From contig NZ_JAOASI010000029.1 of assembly GCF_025210165.1 (NCBI RefSeq), forward strand, positions 36,165 through 60,164: DNA of 24,000 nt, in the 5' to 3' direction. Positions 8,378 through 17,410 of the stretch are shown one piece after another. Source of the stretch: Tepidibacter sp. GTDB taxonomy: Bacteria > Bacillota > Clostridia > Peptostreptococcales > Peptostreptococcaceae. The notes beneath the pieces were generated by a model that was not told where the DNA came from, made no database searches, and was given only the letters and a program-made list of their open reading frames with translations. A program made the position numbers and the translations under genes. Position 1 is the first letter of the stretch, and every line of letters begins with the position of its first letter.

Positions 8378-9796
8378 CTATACTAATCCATTGAAGTTAT
8401 CATCTTCAAAAAGATATGGATTTTCTATTTTATTTTGCTCTTCATCTAATACAGATTGATTCGTGCCTACATTTTTACTTATTTTTTTATTATAAGCCAT
8501 AGCCTCTAGTATGTTTTTATGCTTATTAAGATCTCCTTGACTATCTACAGATACACTTAAGCTTTGTATAGTTATTCCTTGTTCAGAAAGGCTATTTTTA
8601 AGTTCTTCCATATTTTCTTCTATAGCTGTTTTTACCTCTTCATTTTCTGCCATAAATTTAGCACTTAAAATTCCTCTTTCTAATACAACCTTAAGTGTTA
8701 GCTTTCCTAAATGTTCTGGCTCTAACTGCATCTGTATAGTTGAATTATCTTTATTTATGATTATCTTACTTTTTTTTGTAATTTGCTCAATTATATTATA
8801 AGAATCTATATTGCTTAGCTTATTGTTATTTAAATTACCTGTAATTCCTTTTATTGTATTTGTTGTTTTAGATATATTTGAATTTTGAAAGTTAAAGTTT
8901 TCTTGTGTTTCATCTTGTGCCTCGTTTACTAAGAAATTTTTATTTATATTGTCTAAATCTTCATTTTGGTTATAGCTTGTATTTTGTTGTAAATTTTCGT
9001 TAGCTTGAGTTAGACTTGAAACTTTACTTTGCGAATAATCTTGTTTTATTTCACTTTCCTCAGTCATTTTTACTTTAGAATTTTCTTTTACTTTACTGTT
9101 CTCTATTATATTTTTGTCTATATTTGTATTATCTATTTCTAAGTACTTTGAGTTACTATTCTCTTGATTAATCATTAATTCCAATTTATTTAATATTTCT
9201 GATTTAACTTCCTTAGGTATAAATTCAGCCTCTTCTAACTTTGTAAATAATTTTTTTAATTCATCAGTATTTATTTCGCCATTTTCCATTTTCTGAATAA
9301 ATTCACCAATATTCTTTTGAATATCTTCAACTTGTTTTTCATTTTCAACTTCTACATTAATAGTTTGCAATATAGACATTATAGATTCTAAATCTTCCTT
9401 AGTTATTATTTCGTCAGCTTGTATATCTTTAATTTCAACCACTTCAGACTCGTTGATATTATTAGTTTCAACATTTATATCTTCGTTTTGTTTTTCAAAT
9501 TCTTTGTCATGCTTTTCAACTTCTTTATTATACTTTTCAACTTCTTTGTCATGTTTTTCAACTTCTTTATTGTGCTTTTCAACTTCTTTGTCCTGCTTTT
9601 TTATATCTCTAGTTTCAGTAATTGTTTTTTCTTTTTGTTTTTTTGTGTTTTTTCTCACATCTTTAATATCATTTTTTTTAGAATAAGAATCTAATTTTTT
9701 TCTAAAATCTAATCTATCACTTATGCTATCCTTTTTAGTGAATTTCCCCATATTATTTTTTTTAAAATTCAAGTTTATAGGCATTAAATTGTTCAA
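8378..9796 (-). CDS. fliK: Flagellar hook-length control protein FliK
   Basis: C-terminal Flg_hook-type domain ([62 protein letters not shown]). Long, low-complexity K/E/N-rich N-terminal ruler region. TTG start at 9796, 9 nt after a G6 tract; an alternative ATG lies at codon 5. Confidence 0.9.
   Translation of the reverse strand: MNNLMPINLNFKKNNMGKFTKKDSISDRLDFRKKLDSYSKKNDIKDVRKNTKKQKEKTITETRDIKKQDKEVEKHNKEVEKHDKEVEKYNKEVEKHDKEFEKQNEDINVETNNINESEVVEIKDIQADEIITKEDLESIMSILQTINVEVENEKQVEDIQKNIGEFIQKMENGEINTDELKKLFTKLEEAEFIPKEVKSEILNKLELMINQENSNSKYLEIDNTNIDKNIIENSKVKENSKVKMTEESEIKQDYSQSKVSSLTQANENLQQNTSYNQNEDLDNINKNFLVNEAQDETQENFNFQNSNISKTTNTIKGITGNLNNNKLSNIDSYNIIEQITKKSKIIINKDNSTIQMQLEPEHLGKLTLKVVLERGILSAKFMAENEEVKTAIEENMEELKNSLSEQGITIQSLSVSVDSQGDLNKHKNILEAMAYNKKISKNVGTNQSVLDEEQNKIENPYLFEDDNFNGLV
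9485..9589. repeat. In-frame 21-bp tandem repeat x5 inside fliK (heptad KEVEKH[ND] units)
   Basis: Plus strand has 5 consecutive units of consensus TTTTCAACTTCTTT(G/A)T(C/T)NTGN. Protein [35 protein letters not shown] (residues 70-104). Confidence 0.9.
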
Positions 9797-9814
9797 TAGA
9801 TTCTTCCCCCCTTT

Positions 9815-11053
9815 TTATTGTTGTGGTAATCCTATTTTTCTACTTATTTCTGCTGATTTTTGATTTTCTAAATTGGATATAACTTCTGATAATAGTTTAG
9901 GTTTTAATTGTTTTAAAACTTCTACCATAAGGTCTTCTTCTGTTATTTTAAAACTCTTTTCTTCATCTATCTTATATTGCTTATACTTTGGTTTACTTGA
10001 TGTCATTTCATTTACTAAATCGGATAAGTCTTTTGAATCCATCTTTTCATAAGATAATTTTAGTGTTTTTAAATCTCTTTTATATATTTCTAATACCTTT
10101 AATGTATTATTTATATCTTCTGATATACCTTTGATGCTTTCTTCTTCATTTAGCTCTTCAAAGATCTTTACTTCTTTTAAAACATTATCTAAATAGTCAC
10201 TATCTTCAAATTCACAAAGTATCTTACTTGCCATCAAGTAATCCATATTAGCAAATATAGTACCTAAATCTTGTGATGAATACGTATCTTTATTCTGTAG
10301 TTGTACACTTGCTTCTTCTATTTTCTTATTTGAATATATATCGGATAAAGTTTTCATATCATGTATATATTTTTCATATATTTGAGTTTGATTTTGTATA
10401 TTTTTCAAATAATTTTGTGATATATTTTCTTTTATACTTTGTGATACATTTTGATCCATATAATACAATATTTTTGCACTATAATTTGGTTTTAAATTTT
10501 CAATAATTTTTGCAGCTTCTTCAAAGTTCAAATTCAAATCTATTATTTTTTGCTCTAGATCTTTAATAGTTCCTAATAGTCCTAGCTTTGTATAATTTTT
10601 AGAAAGTTCTTCTGCATATAATGCTTTTTCTTGTTCTATTGAATCTATTTCTCTTTGAAGAATGTCTTTTTTAATTTTTTGATTTCTTATTTTTTGAACC
10701 AATTCATTAGTAGAGGTTAAATCATATTTTTTCATTTTTAAAATTATATCTTCATATAATTTTTTATCTTCTTTCTCCATAATTATCAATTTATCTATAG
10801 CTCTATCTTGGTCTAATGACAGATAATATCTTGCCAGTTTATTTTTTCTCTCTTCCTGTTCTTTAATAGATGGTGCTTGTTCAAAACGTTCACCGATAAT
10901 AGGTACTTTCTTTAACATATTATTAGTCATTTTGCTTACATTAGCATTTGTATAATAAAGAATTGTAAAAGTTGTAACCAACACTCCTATTAGTATTAAT
11001 GGTATTCTTTTTTTCTTTTTAGGTTTGTCCATCTCTTGTATATTTTCTTCCAT
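9815..11053 (-). CDS. YlxF/MotE-like flagellar-operon protein (N-terminal TM anchor, coiled-coil, MgtE_N-like helical repeats)
   Basis: 412 aa. K-rich N-terminus plus one TM (IPLILIGVLVTTFTILYY). Long E/K-rich helical region. Segments resembling MgtE N-domain-like repeats (…PNYSAKILYYMDQNVSQSI…, …YLMASKILCEFED…, …LLSEVISNLENQKSAEISRKIG). Occupies the fliJ-fliK slot held by ylxF in Bacillus. The family call is by position and pattern only. Confidence 0.6.
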   Translation of the reverse strand: MEENIQEMDKPKKKKRIPLILIGVLVTTFTILYYTNANVSKMTNNMLKKVPIIGERFEQAPSIKEQEERKNKLARYYLSLDQDRAIDKLIIMEKEDKKLYEDIILKMKKYDLTSTNELVQKIRNQKIKKDILQREIDSIEQEKALYAEELSKNYTKLGLLGTIKDLEQKIIDLNLNFEEAAKIIENLKPNYSAKILYYMDQNVSQSIKENISQNYLKNIQNQTQIYEKYIHDMKTLSDIYSNKKIEEASVQLQNKDTYSSQDLGTIFANMDYLMASKILCEFEDSDYLDNVLKEVKIFEELNEEESIKGISEDINNTLKVLEIYKRDLKTLKLSYEKMDSKDLSDLVNEMTSSKPKYKQYKIDEEKSFKITEEDLMVEVLKQLKPKLLSEVISNLENQKSAEISRKIGLPQQ

Positions 11054-11062
11054 ATTGCCCTC

Positions 11063-11503
11063 CTAGTTACTCATACTGTGTTTAAATGTAACTATCTGAT
11101 CTACAAACTTTTCCTCTTCTTTTTTTATTTTTTCATTAAATTTAATAATATCTTTTTCTTTTATTTTTTCAAAAGTCTTTTTTTCTCTCATAACTTGTAT
11201 ATATTCACCTTTTTTTATGTCCAATATATCTTCAGCAGATTTTAAATCTTTAAATAAGTTTTTGATTTTAATGTTTGTCAAATTTATAAATTCATTCATT
11301 CGTTTAATTTCATTAATGCTGGTTCCAGCACTCATATTTTCTTGAATTTGAGAATTTTTAGTTTCCTTTATTTCATTTAGTTCTTCTATTTGAAATTTAA
11401 TATTATCAATAGTATTATTAATTTCACTTATTTCCATTTTTTTGTTTTCTTCTAGTTTTTCCTTTATTTCTAATATTTTTGCAAATCTAAACTTATATTT
11501 CAA
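11063..11503 (-). CDS. fliJ: Flagellar export chaperone/stalk protein FliJ
   Basis: Start placed at TTG 11503, 6 nt after GAGGTG, which gives MKYKFRFAKILEIKEK… This matches the FliJ N-terminal pattern (x-Y-x-F-R-F-x-K-l-L-e-l-K). The protein is all coiled-coil and follows fliI. The ORF track opens 9 nt earlier, at GTG 11512. Confidence 0.88.
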   Translation of the reverse strand: MKYKFRFAKILEIKEKLEENKKMEISEINNTIDNIKFQIEELNEIKETKNSQIQENMSAGTSINEIKRMNEFINLTNIKIKNLFKDLKSAEDILDIKKGEYIQVMREKKTFEKIKEKDIIKFNEKIKKEEEKFVDQIVTFKHSMSN

Positions 11504-11514
11504 GAAACACACCT

Positions 11515-12843
11515 CTATTCTTTAAATATATTAAGTAAAGTTCCTATAACATCGTCATATTCAAATTTATCGTGTGTCCACTGTTTCAGAAAAGAATCAA
11601 TTTCATCTATTTTTTGTATAGCCATATCAATTTTTTTATTAGACCCTGGTGCATAAGCACCTATATTTATAAGGTCTTCTGCTTCTCTATAGGTAGCCAA
11701 AAGGTCTTTGAGTTTATTAGCTGCTTGTATATGTTCTTTATTTGTTATATTACCCATAACCCTACTTGCACTTGCTAAAACTTCTATAGCTGGGTAATGA
11801 TTTTTATTAGCAAGACTTCTTGACAGCACTACATGACCATCAAGTATCCCTCTTACAGCATCAGCTATAGGTTCATTCATATCATCTCCATCTACAAGAA
11901 CAGTATATAAGCCTGTGATAGAACCTTTATCCGAGTTTCCTGCTCTTTCTAAAAGCTTAGGTAATACCGCAAAAACAGAAGGCGTATACCCTTTTGTAAC
12001 AGGTGGCTCGCCTATAGCAAGTCCAACTTCTCTTTGTGCCATAGAAAAACGAGTTAAAGAATCCATCATCAGTATTACATTTTTACCCATATCTCTAAAA
12101 TACTCTGCTATAGAAGTTGCAAGTAATGCCCCTTTCATTCTAACCAATGGTGGTTGATCAGAAGTCGCAATTACCAATACTGATCTTTTTAATCCTTCTT
12201 CTTGCAAATCATTTTCTATGAATTCTCTTACTTCTCTTCCTCTTTCTCCTATTAATGCTATTACATTTATATCTGCCTTTGTATTTCTAGCAATCATCCC
12301 TAAAAGAGTTGATTTACCTACTCCAGAACCAGCAAATATACCTATCCTCTGCCCTTTACCACATGTTAATATACCATCTAAAGCTTTAACCCCTAAAGGC
12401 AGAGGAGTATCTATTTTTTCTCTTTTTAGAGGGTTAGGTGGTTGATTCATTACAGGATAGTTGAGCTTGAGATTTAATTTATTTTTATCATCTATAGGAT
12501 TTCCTAGACCATCTAGAACTCTTCCTAATAGCTCTTCTCCAACTTTCACCTCAAGCCCATGCCCACTCGCTATAACCTTACTTCCTGGACCTATCCCATC
12601 CATTTCTCCAAGAGGCATTAATAGAACCGTCTCTGATTTAAACCCTACAACTTCAGCTAATATAGGTTGTTCAGATTTTATAGGATATATAAAACATAAT
12701 TCTCCAAGTTTTACAGCAGGTCCTTTTGACTCTATAGTAAGACCTACTACTTGAGATACTCTTCCTGTATACTGAATCAAGTTGATTTCTTCCAGTTTTT
12801 GAAAATATTTAGATACATCTATCGATTTCATCATTATCATCAT
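11515..12843 (-). CDS. fliI: Flagellum-specific ATPase FliI
   Basis: Walker A GIFAGSGVGKSTLL, Walker B VILMMDSLTRFSMAQRE, F1/T3SS ATPase fold blocks. Four closely spaced ATGs (12843, 12840, 12834, 12831) make the exact start ambiguous. Confidence 0.97.
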   Translation of the reverse strand: MMIMMKSIDVSKYFQKLEEINLIQYTGRVSQVVGLTIESKGPAVKLGELCFIYPIKSEQPILAEVVGFKSETVLLMPLGEMDGIGPGSKVIASGHGLEVKVGEELLGRVLDGLGNPIDDKNKLNLKLNYPVMNQPPNPLKREKIDTPLPLGVKALDGILTCGKGQRIGIFAGSGVGKSTLLGMIARNTKADINVIALIGERGREVREFIENDLQEEGLKRSVLVIATSDQPPLVRMKGALLATSIAEYFRDMGKNVILMMDSLTRFSMAQREVGLAIGEPPVTKGYTPSVFAVLPKLLERAGNSDKGSITGLYTVLVDGDDMNEPIADAVRGILDGHVVLSRSLANKNHYPAIEVLASASRVMGNITNKEHIQAANKLKDLLATYREAEDLINIGAYAPGSNKKIDMAIQKIDEIDSFLKQWTHDKFEYDDVIGTLLNIFKE

Positions 12844-12844
12844 C

Positions 12845-13624
12845 CTAAACTAGATTTAAAAATTCTTCTTTTATTATTTCAAACTGCTTTTTTATACTTG
12901 GATTAATACTTCCTGAATTAGTATCTATTATTAAATCTCCTTTTTCAAGAGACTTATCTATTTTTATTTCGATGTCATCTATATGACCCGCCATAGCAAG
13001 TATCTTATCTCTTGATGAATTAACTTTTTCAAAATCATCATCATTCACTCTTACTACCAATTTTTCAGTAAAAGTTAATTTTTTCAAAGCTTCTTTTATG
13101 AGATTTAATATTACCTCGTCATTTTCATCTAATTTTAATTTAATAATCTTATCAACTGAATTTATTACTAAATTTATAACATCTTCTTCTATTTTCTCTA
13201 TCTCATCTTTTTTCCATTTAATAACATCATTTTTTATACTTATAGCTTCATTTATTTCTAATTTATACTTATCTATACTCTTTTGTTGTCCTTCTTCAAA
13301 ACCTTCATTATAACCACTTTGATATCCTTCTTGCTTATATTTATCCAATTCTAATTTTGCTTTTTCATTAGCTTCTTTTATAATATTTTCATATTCTTCA
13401 TAAGCTGTTTTTATTATATTATCTTTTTCTTTTATAGAGTCTTCTTTTATCGATTCCATTTCTTTTAAAAGTTCATTTTTTTTTAAAACTAAATCATTTA
13501 TTTCATTTTCTATTTTTAACTTTTTTTCATCTGCTTCATTATCTATAGTGGTATTCTTAGAATCACTTCCAATAATTTTTTCTTGACTAATATTAACCTG
13601 GTTATACTTTATAATTCTAGCCAA
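12845..13624 (-). CDS. fliH: Flagellar export protein FliH
   Basis: E/K-rich coiled-coil N-half, then a GYQSGYNEGFEEG glycine-repeat block, then a FliH C-domain (…LVVRVNDDDFEKV…GDLIIDTNSGSINPSI…). TTG start at 13624, 9 nt after GGAGGAG. Overlaps the fliG end by 8 nt. Confidence 0.9.
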   Translation of the reverse strand: MARIIKYNQVNISQEKIIGSDSKNTTIDNEADEKKLKIENEINDLVLKKNELLKEMESIKEDSIKEKDNIIKTAYEEYENIIKEANEKAKLELDKYKQEGYQSGYNEGFEEGQQKSIDKYKLEINEAISIKNDVIKWKKDEIEKIEEDVINLVINSVDKIIKLKLDENDEVILNLIKEALKKLTFTEKLVVRVNDDDFEKVNSSRDKILAMAGHIDDIEIKIDKSLEKGDLIIDTNSGSINPSIKKQFEIIKEEFLNLV

Positions 13625-14639
13625 TCAGTTCATCTCCTCCACCTCTTGAGATTACTATTTCTCCAGATTCTTCCAGTTTTCTTATATTACTAACTATCTT
13701 TTGTTGTGCCTCTTCTACGTCTTTTAATCTTACAGGACCCATAAATTCCATGTCCTCTCTTATCATATCCGCTAGACGTTTTGACATATTAGAGAATATA
13801 AGCTCTGCAACCTCTTGAGTTGCACCTTTTAGAGCAACTGCAAGTTCACTATTATCAATTTCTCTAATAAACCTTTGTATAGATACATTATCAAGTGTAA
13901 TAATATCCTCAAATACAAACATTCTCTTTTTAATATCTTCTGCAAGTTCAGGATCAGACATTTCCAGATCTTCCATGATATATTTTTCAGTTCCCCTATC
14001 TACAGAATTTAATATATCCACAATAGACTGAACTCCACCTACAGTTGTATAATCTTCTGTGACAAGATTTGATAACTTATTTTCAAGAACTAGCTCTATC
14101 TCTTTTATAACCTCTGGATATGTTCTATCCATAGTAGCAATTCTTCTAGCCACTTCAGATTGCTTATCAGCAGAAAGATTAGAGAGTATTTGTCCTGATT
14201 TTTCAGAATCTAAATAAGATAGTATTAATGCTATAGTTTGAGGATGTTCGTTTTGTATGAAATTGACAATTTGGCCAGGGTCAGCCTTTCTTGCGAAATC
14301 AAACGGTTTAACCTGTAATGATGCTGTTAATCTGTTAATAATTTCTATAGCTTTATCTTGACCTAAGGCCTTTTCTAATACATCCTTTGCATATCCTATT
14401 CCACCCTCTGATATAACTTCCTGTGCTAAACAAACCTCGTAAAATTCTTGTAATATTCTTTCTTTTTCTTCTGATTCTACTTTTTTCATGTTAGCAATTT
14501 CTAGTGTTATTTCTTCGATTTCTTCCTCAGATAAATATTTAAACATTTTAGCAGAATATTCAGGTCCAAGTGTTATTAAGAGTATAGCTGCTTTTTGCTT
14601 ACCACTTATCTCATTTTTACTCTTTTTTGCCAAACTCAA
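13617..14639 (-). CDS. fliG: Flagellar motor switch protein FliG
   Basis: GKQKAAILLITLG N-terminus, the MFVFEDI motif, charged C-terminal torque helix region. Non-ATG start: TTG at 14639 is only 1 nt from the GAGGTG Shine-Dalgarno sequence, so TTG at 14633 (MAKKSK…) is the more likely start. Confidence 0.95.
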   Translation of the reverse strand: MSLAKKSKNEISGKQKAAILLITLGPEYSAKMFKYLSEEEIEEITLEIANMKKVESEEKERILQEFYEVCLAQEVISEGGIGYAKDVLEKALGQDKAIEIINRLTASLQVKPFDFARKADPGQIVNFIQNEHPQTIALILSYLDSEKSGQILSNLSADKQSEVARRIATMDRTYPEVIKEIELVLENKLSNLVTEDYTTVGGVQSIVDILNSVDRGTEKYIMEDLEMSDPELAEDIKKRMFVFEDIITLDNVSIQRFIREIDNSELAVALKGATQEVAELIFSNMSKRLADMIREDMEFMGPVRLKDVEEAQQKIVSNIRKLEESGEIVISRGGGDELIG

Positions 14640-14646
14640 TCACCTC

Positions 14647-16212
14647 TTATTCCTCATCTATCCAGCTTTTTAGTAGCTGAGCCACTATTTCAGGATTTTT
14701 GTTAACCAGATTCTCTATGCTCTTCTTATGTCCAGACTCTTTTATATCTAATTCCAATTCCTCTATTTCGTCTTCCATCATATTTATATTTATATTTTGA
14801 GATTCTGCTTTCTTCTTCGCTTCTCTTTCTTCTTTTTCCTTTTTTTCCTTTTTAAGCTTAATAATATATAATACGCATATTAATATAGGTATCAATATAA
14901 TAATTAGTATTAATATAATAGTCCACATAGGCATATTCAACATTCCTTCATCGACTTCATCTACATTTTCATTTGAACTGTTATTAAATGATTGTGCATA
15001 CACCTCTACTCTTTTAGTATCTATCCCTGCTGCACTAGTGACTGTTTTGACTATCTCTTTCTTCTTATCATCAGTCAATTCTTTATCAGGTAATATTTCA
15101 CTATTAAGCACTACTGCTACTGTTATATCTTGTATTTGTCCTTTAGCTTTTTCAACTTTTCTAACTATTTCATTCAATTCATAATTAATAGTCTTATCAA
15201 AGTTATCATATGCAGAATTTCCATTTTCTTCTTGTTGATACTGAGTAATTTCTTCAGTATTAGTATCTGTTCCTGGTATTCCTCCATTTTGGGAATTCTT
15301 AAGAGATTCCTTTTTTTCTGTTACACTTCTTATAAGACCATTTTCTTCTCCTTCTATAGGAGTATTATATTCTTTTGTTTCCGTTATATCAGTATCAAAA
15401 TTCAACTTAACACTGGCCATAACAGATACATTTCCATACCCATATATAGTAGATAAAAATTCAACCAAATTATCTTCTATATCCTCTTTTACTTTATTTT
15501 GAATCTCTAGTTGATTTGAAGATTCATAAGATTCTTCGTTATCTTTTTTATTAAGAACTCTTCCAGTAGAATCATGAATAGTTATATTATCAACATTTAA
15601 TCCTTGAACAGAGTTTGATACCAAAAATGCTATTCCTTCTATGCTTTCCTTATTTAAAGTAAAGCCTTCATTTAACTCTATAACTACAGAAGCTTTAGCT
15701 TTTTCCTTATTTTCATCTAATATAAATGTAGAATCTTTTGGTATGCTTAAATTAACATCTGCATTTTTTATAGCTGGCATTTCCTCTATAACGGTTTCTA
15801 TTTGATTTTGAAGAGCGTAGTTAAAAACTTTATCCTTTTCATCCTCACTCATAAACATTGTGTTTTTATCTAATAAATCATCATATGAAAACTTAGTACT
15901 AGGTATACCTTTCGTTGATAAATCCATTTTTATTTTATTTATTTGTTCTTTCTTAACTAGTATAGTTCCTTCATCAGTTATCTTATAATCAATTTTAAGT
16001 TCATCTAGGTTTTTAGTTATATTTGCAGCTTCTTTTATATCTAAATCTTTATACAAAACACTATATTCAGGTTTTGTAATATTCAGTATAGCTAATGTAC
16101 TTATAATTAATATCAATATAAATCCGACAAATACATTTATTTTTTGTTTTTTAGTATATTTGTTCAAAAAATTTGATACAGTTTCTTTTAATTTCAAAAA
16201 ATTTTCACCCAT
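14647..16212 (-). CDS. fliF: Flagellar MS-ring protein FliF
   Basis: 521 aa. N-terminal TM, YscJ/FliF ring-building domains, second TM (MWTIILILIIILIPILICVLYII), C-terminal FliG-binding tail (…NKNPEIVAQLLKSWIDEE). Confidence 0.95.
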   Translation of the reverse strand: MGENFLKLKETVSNFLNKYTKKQKINVFVGFILILIISTLAILNITKPEYSVLYKDLDIKEAANITKNLDELKIDYKITDEGTILVKKEQINKIKMDLSTKGIPSTKFSYDDLLDKNTMFMSEDEKDKVFNYALQNQIETVIEEMPAIKNADVNLSIPKDSTFILDENKEKAKASVVIELNEGFTLNKESIEGIAFLVSNSVQGLNVDNITIHDSTGRVLNKKDNEESYESSNQLEIQNKVKEDIEDNLVEFLSTIYGYGNVSVMASVKLNFDTDITETKEYNTPIEGEENGLIRSVTEKKESLKNSQNGGIPGTDTNTEEITQYQQEENGNSAYDNFDKTINYELNEIVRKVEKAKGQIQDITVAVVLNSEILPDKELTDDKKKEIVKTVTSAAGIDTKRVEVYAQSFNNSSNENVDEVDEGMLNMPMWTIILILIIILIPILICVLYIIKLKKEKKEKEEREAKKKAESQNININMMEDEIEELELDIKESGHKKSIENLVNKNPEIVAQLLKSWIDEE

Positions 16213-16243
16213 TTATACACCTCATTCCAAGCTAGGTATATTG

Positions 16244-16543
16244 CTATATTTGTATTCTCATAATTTCTTTATATGCATCTAACATTTTACTTTTAACTTC
16301 TGTAAATGCTTGTATTGCTATATCTGCTTTTTGAGTTGCAATCATTACCTCGTGAATGTTGTCAACTTTTCCACTCATAAATTTCAAATTCATTTCATCT
16401 GACTTTTTTTCCATATCACTTACAGAATAAACCGCTTTATTTAAAAATTCCTTAAATCCTAAATTTGAATCAACAGGCTTTTTGCTGTTACTTTCTGTAC
16501 TACCGATAGTTAGGCTGTGAATTTTTCCACCCTGAACTTGCAC
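16244..16543 (-). CDS. fliE: Flagellar hook-basal body complex protein FliE
   Basis: 99 aa. C-terminal FliE signature (…IHEVMIATQKADIAIQAFTEVKSKMLDAYKEIMRIQI). GTG start at 16543, 6 nt after a G7 tract. Confidence 0.93.
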   Translation of the reverse strand: MQVQGGKIHSLTIGSTESNSKKPVDSNLGFKEFLNKAVYSVSDMEKKSDEMNLKFMSGKVDNIHEVMIATQKADIAIQAFTEVKSKMLDAYKEIMRIQI

Positions 16544-16557
16544 ACTATTCCCCCCCT

Positions 16558-17007
16558 TTATCTACCAATTTCTAACGCCTTCATCATCATACTTTTACTT
16601 GAATTTAACGCAGTAACATTTGCTTCATAAGCTCTAGTAGCAGAAATCATATTTATCATTTCAGTTACTATATTGACATTTGGCATCAGAACATATCCAT
16701 TTTTATCAGCATCTGGATGACCAGGATCATAAATTCTTTTAAACGAGCTCTCATCTTCTTTTATACCAGTTACCTCCACTCCATTCCCTATATTATCATT
16801 TTCATTTTTGTTCATGTGTTTACTTAAATGTGATTTAAAGGACCCTGTTTCAGCAGCCTTAAACGTTACTACTTGTCTTCTATATGGAGTTCCATTTGCT
16901 GTTCTTGTCGTGTTAGCATTGGCTATATTCTTAGATATTATATCCATTCTTAATCTTTCTGCTGTCAACCCTGAAGAACTTATATTTATAGATCCAAATA
17001 ATGACAT
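16558..17007 (-). CDS. flgC: Flagellar proximal rod protein FlgC
   Basis: MSLFGSINISSSGLTAERLRMDIISKNIANANTT N-terminus and SNVNIVTEMINMISATRAYEANV C-terminus. The ORF opens at 17025 inside the GGAGGAGG Shine-Dalgarno sequence; the start is placed at ATG 17007. Confidence 0.95.
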   Translation of the reverse strand: MSLFGSINISSSGLTAERLRMDIISKNIANANTTRTANGTPYRRQVVTFKAAETGSFKSHLSKHMNKNENDNIGNGVEVTGIKEDESSFKRIYDPGHPDADKNGYVLMPNVNIVTEMINMISATRAYEANVTALNSSKSMMMKALEIGR

Positions 17008-17008
17008 A

Positions 17009-17410
17009 TTATCTACCTCCTCCACTTATTGCGCTTTTGTATCTTTTAAATGCACTCGTTATCTGTTGGCTAGCTACATTGTACTTTATATAATTTTTAC
17101 TCAACTCTGCCATTTCGACATCTATATCTACATTATTTCCATCAAGTCTAGATTTTGTATTTTTATCAACAATAACTTTTGGCTCTAAATCTACTTTTCC
17201 ATTATTATTTCCTATATGTTTAGAATGAGTTGTTTTTATATTCATTCCATTTTCAATTGTTATTTTTCTTAGTATTTCTTCAAATTTAATATCCTTCCTC
17301 TTATAATTAGGAGTATTAGAATTCGATATATTATTATTTATAAGTTTTTGTCTAATTGAATACGCATCAAGGCTTTTACTCAATAAGTTTATATTATCAT
17401 TAAGTCTCAT
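17009..17410 (-). CDS. flgB: Flagellar proximal rod protein FlgB
   Basis: Start placed at ATG 17410, preceded by AGAGGGGGAAAT. MRLNDNINLLSKSLDAYSIRQKLINNNISNSNTPNYKRKD and the C-terminal DGNNVDIDVEMAELSKNYIKYNVASQQI are typical FlgB. The 34-codon upstream extension in the ORF track (to 17512) has no Shine-Dalgarno sequence and no homology pattern. Confidence 0.93.
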   Translation of the reverse strand: MRLNDNINLLSKSLDAYSIRQKLINNNISNSNTPNYKRKDIKFEEILRKITIENGMNIKTTHSKHIGNNNGKVDLEPKVIVDKNTKSRLDGNNVDIDVEMAELSKNYIKYNVASQQITSAFKRYKSAISGGGR

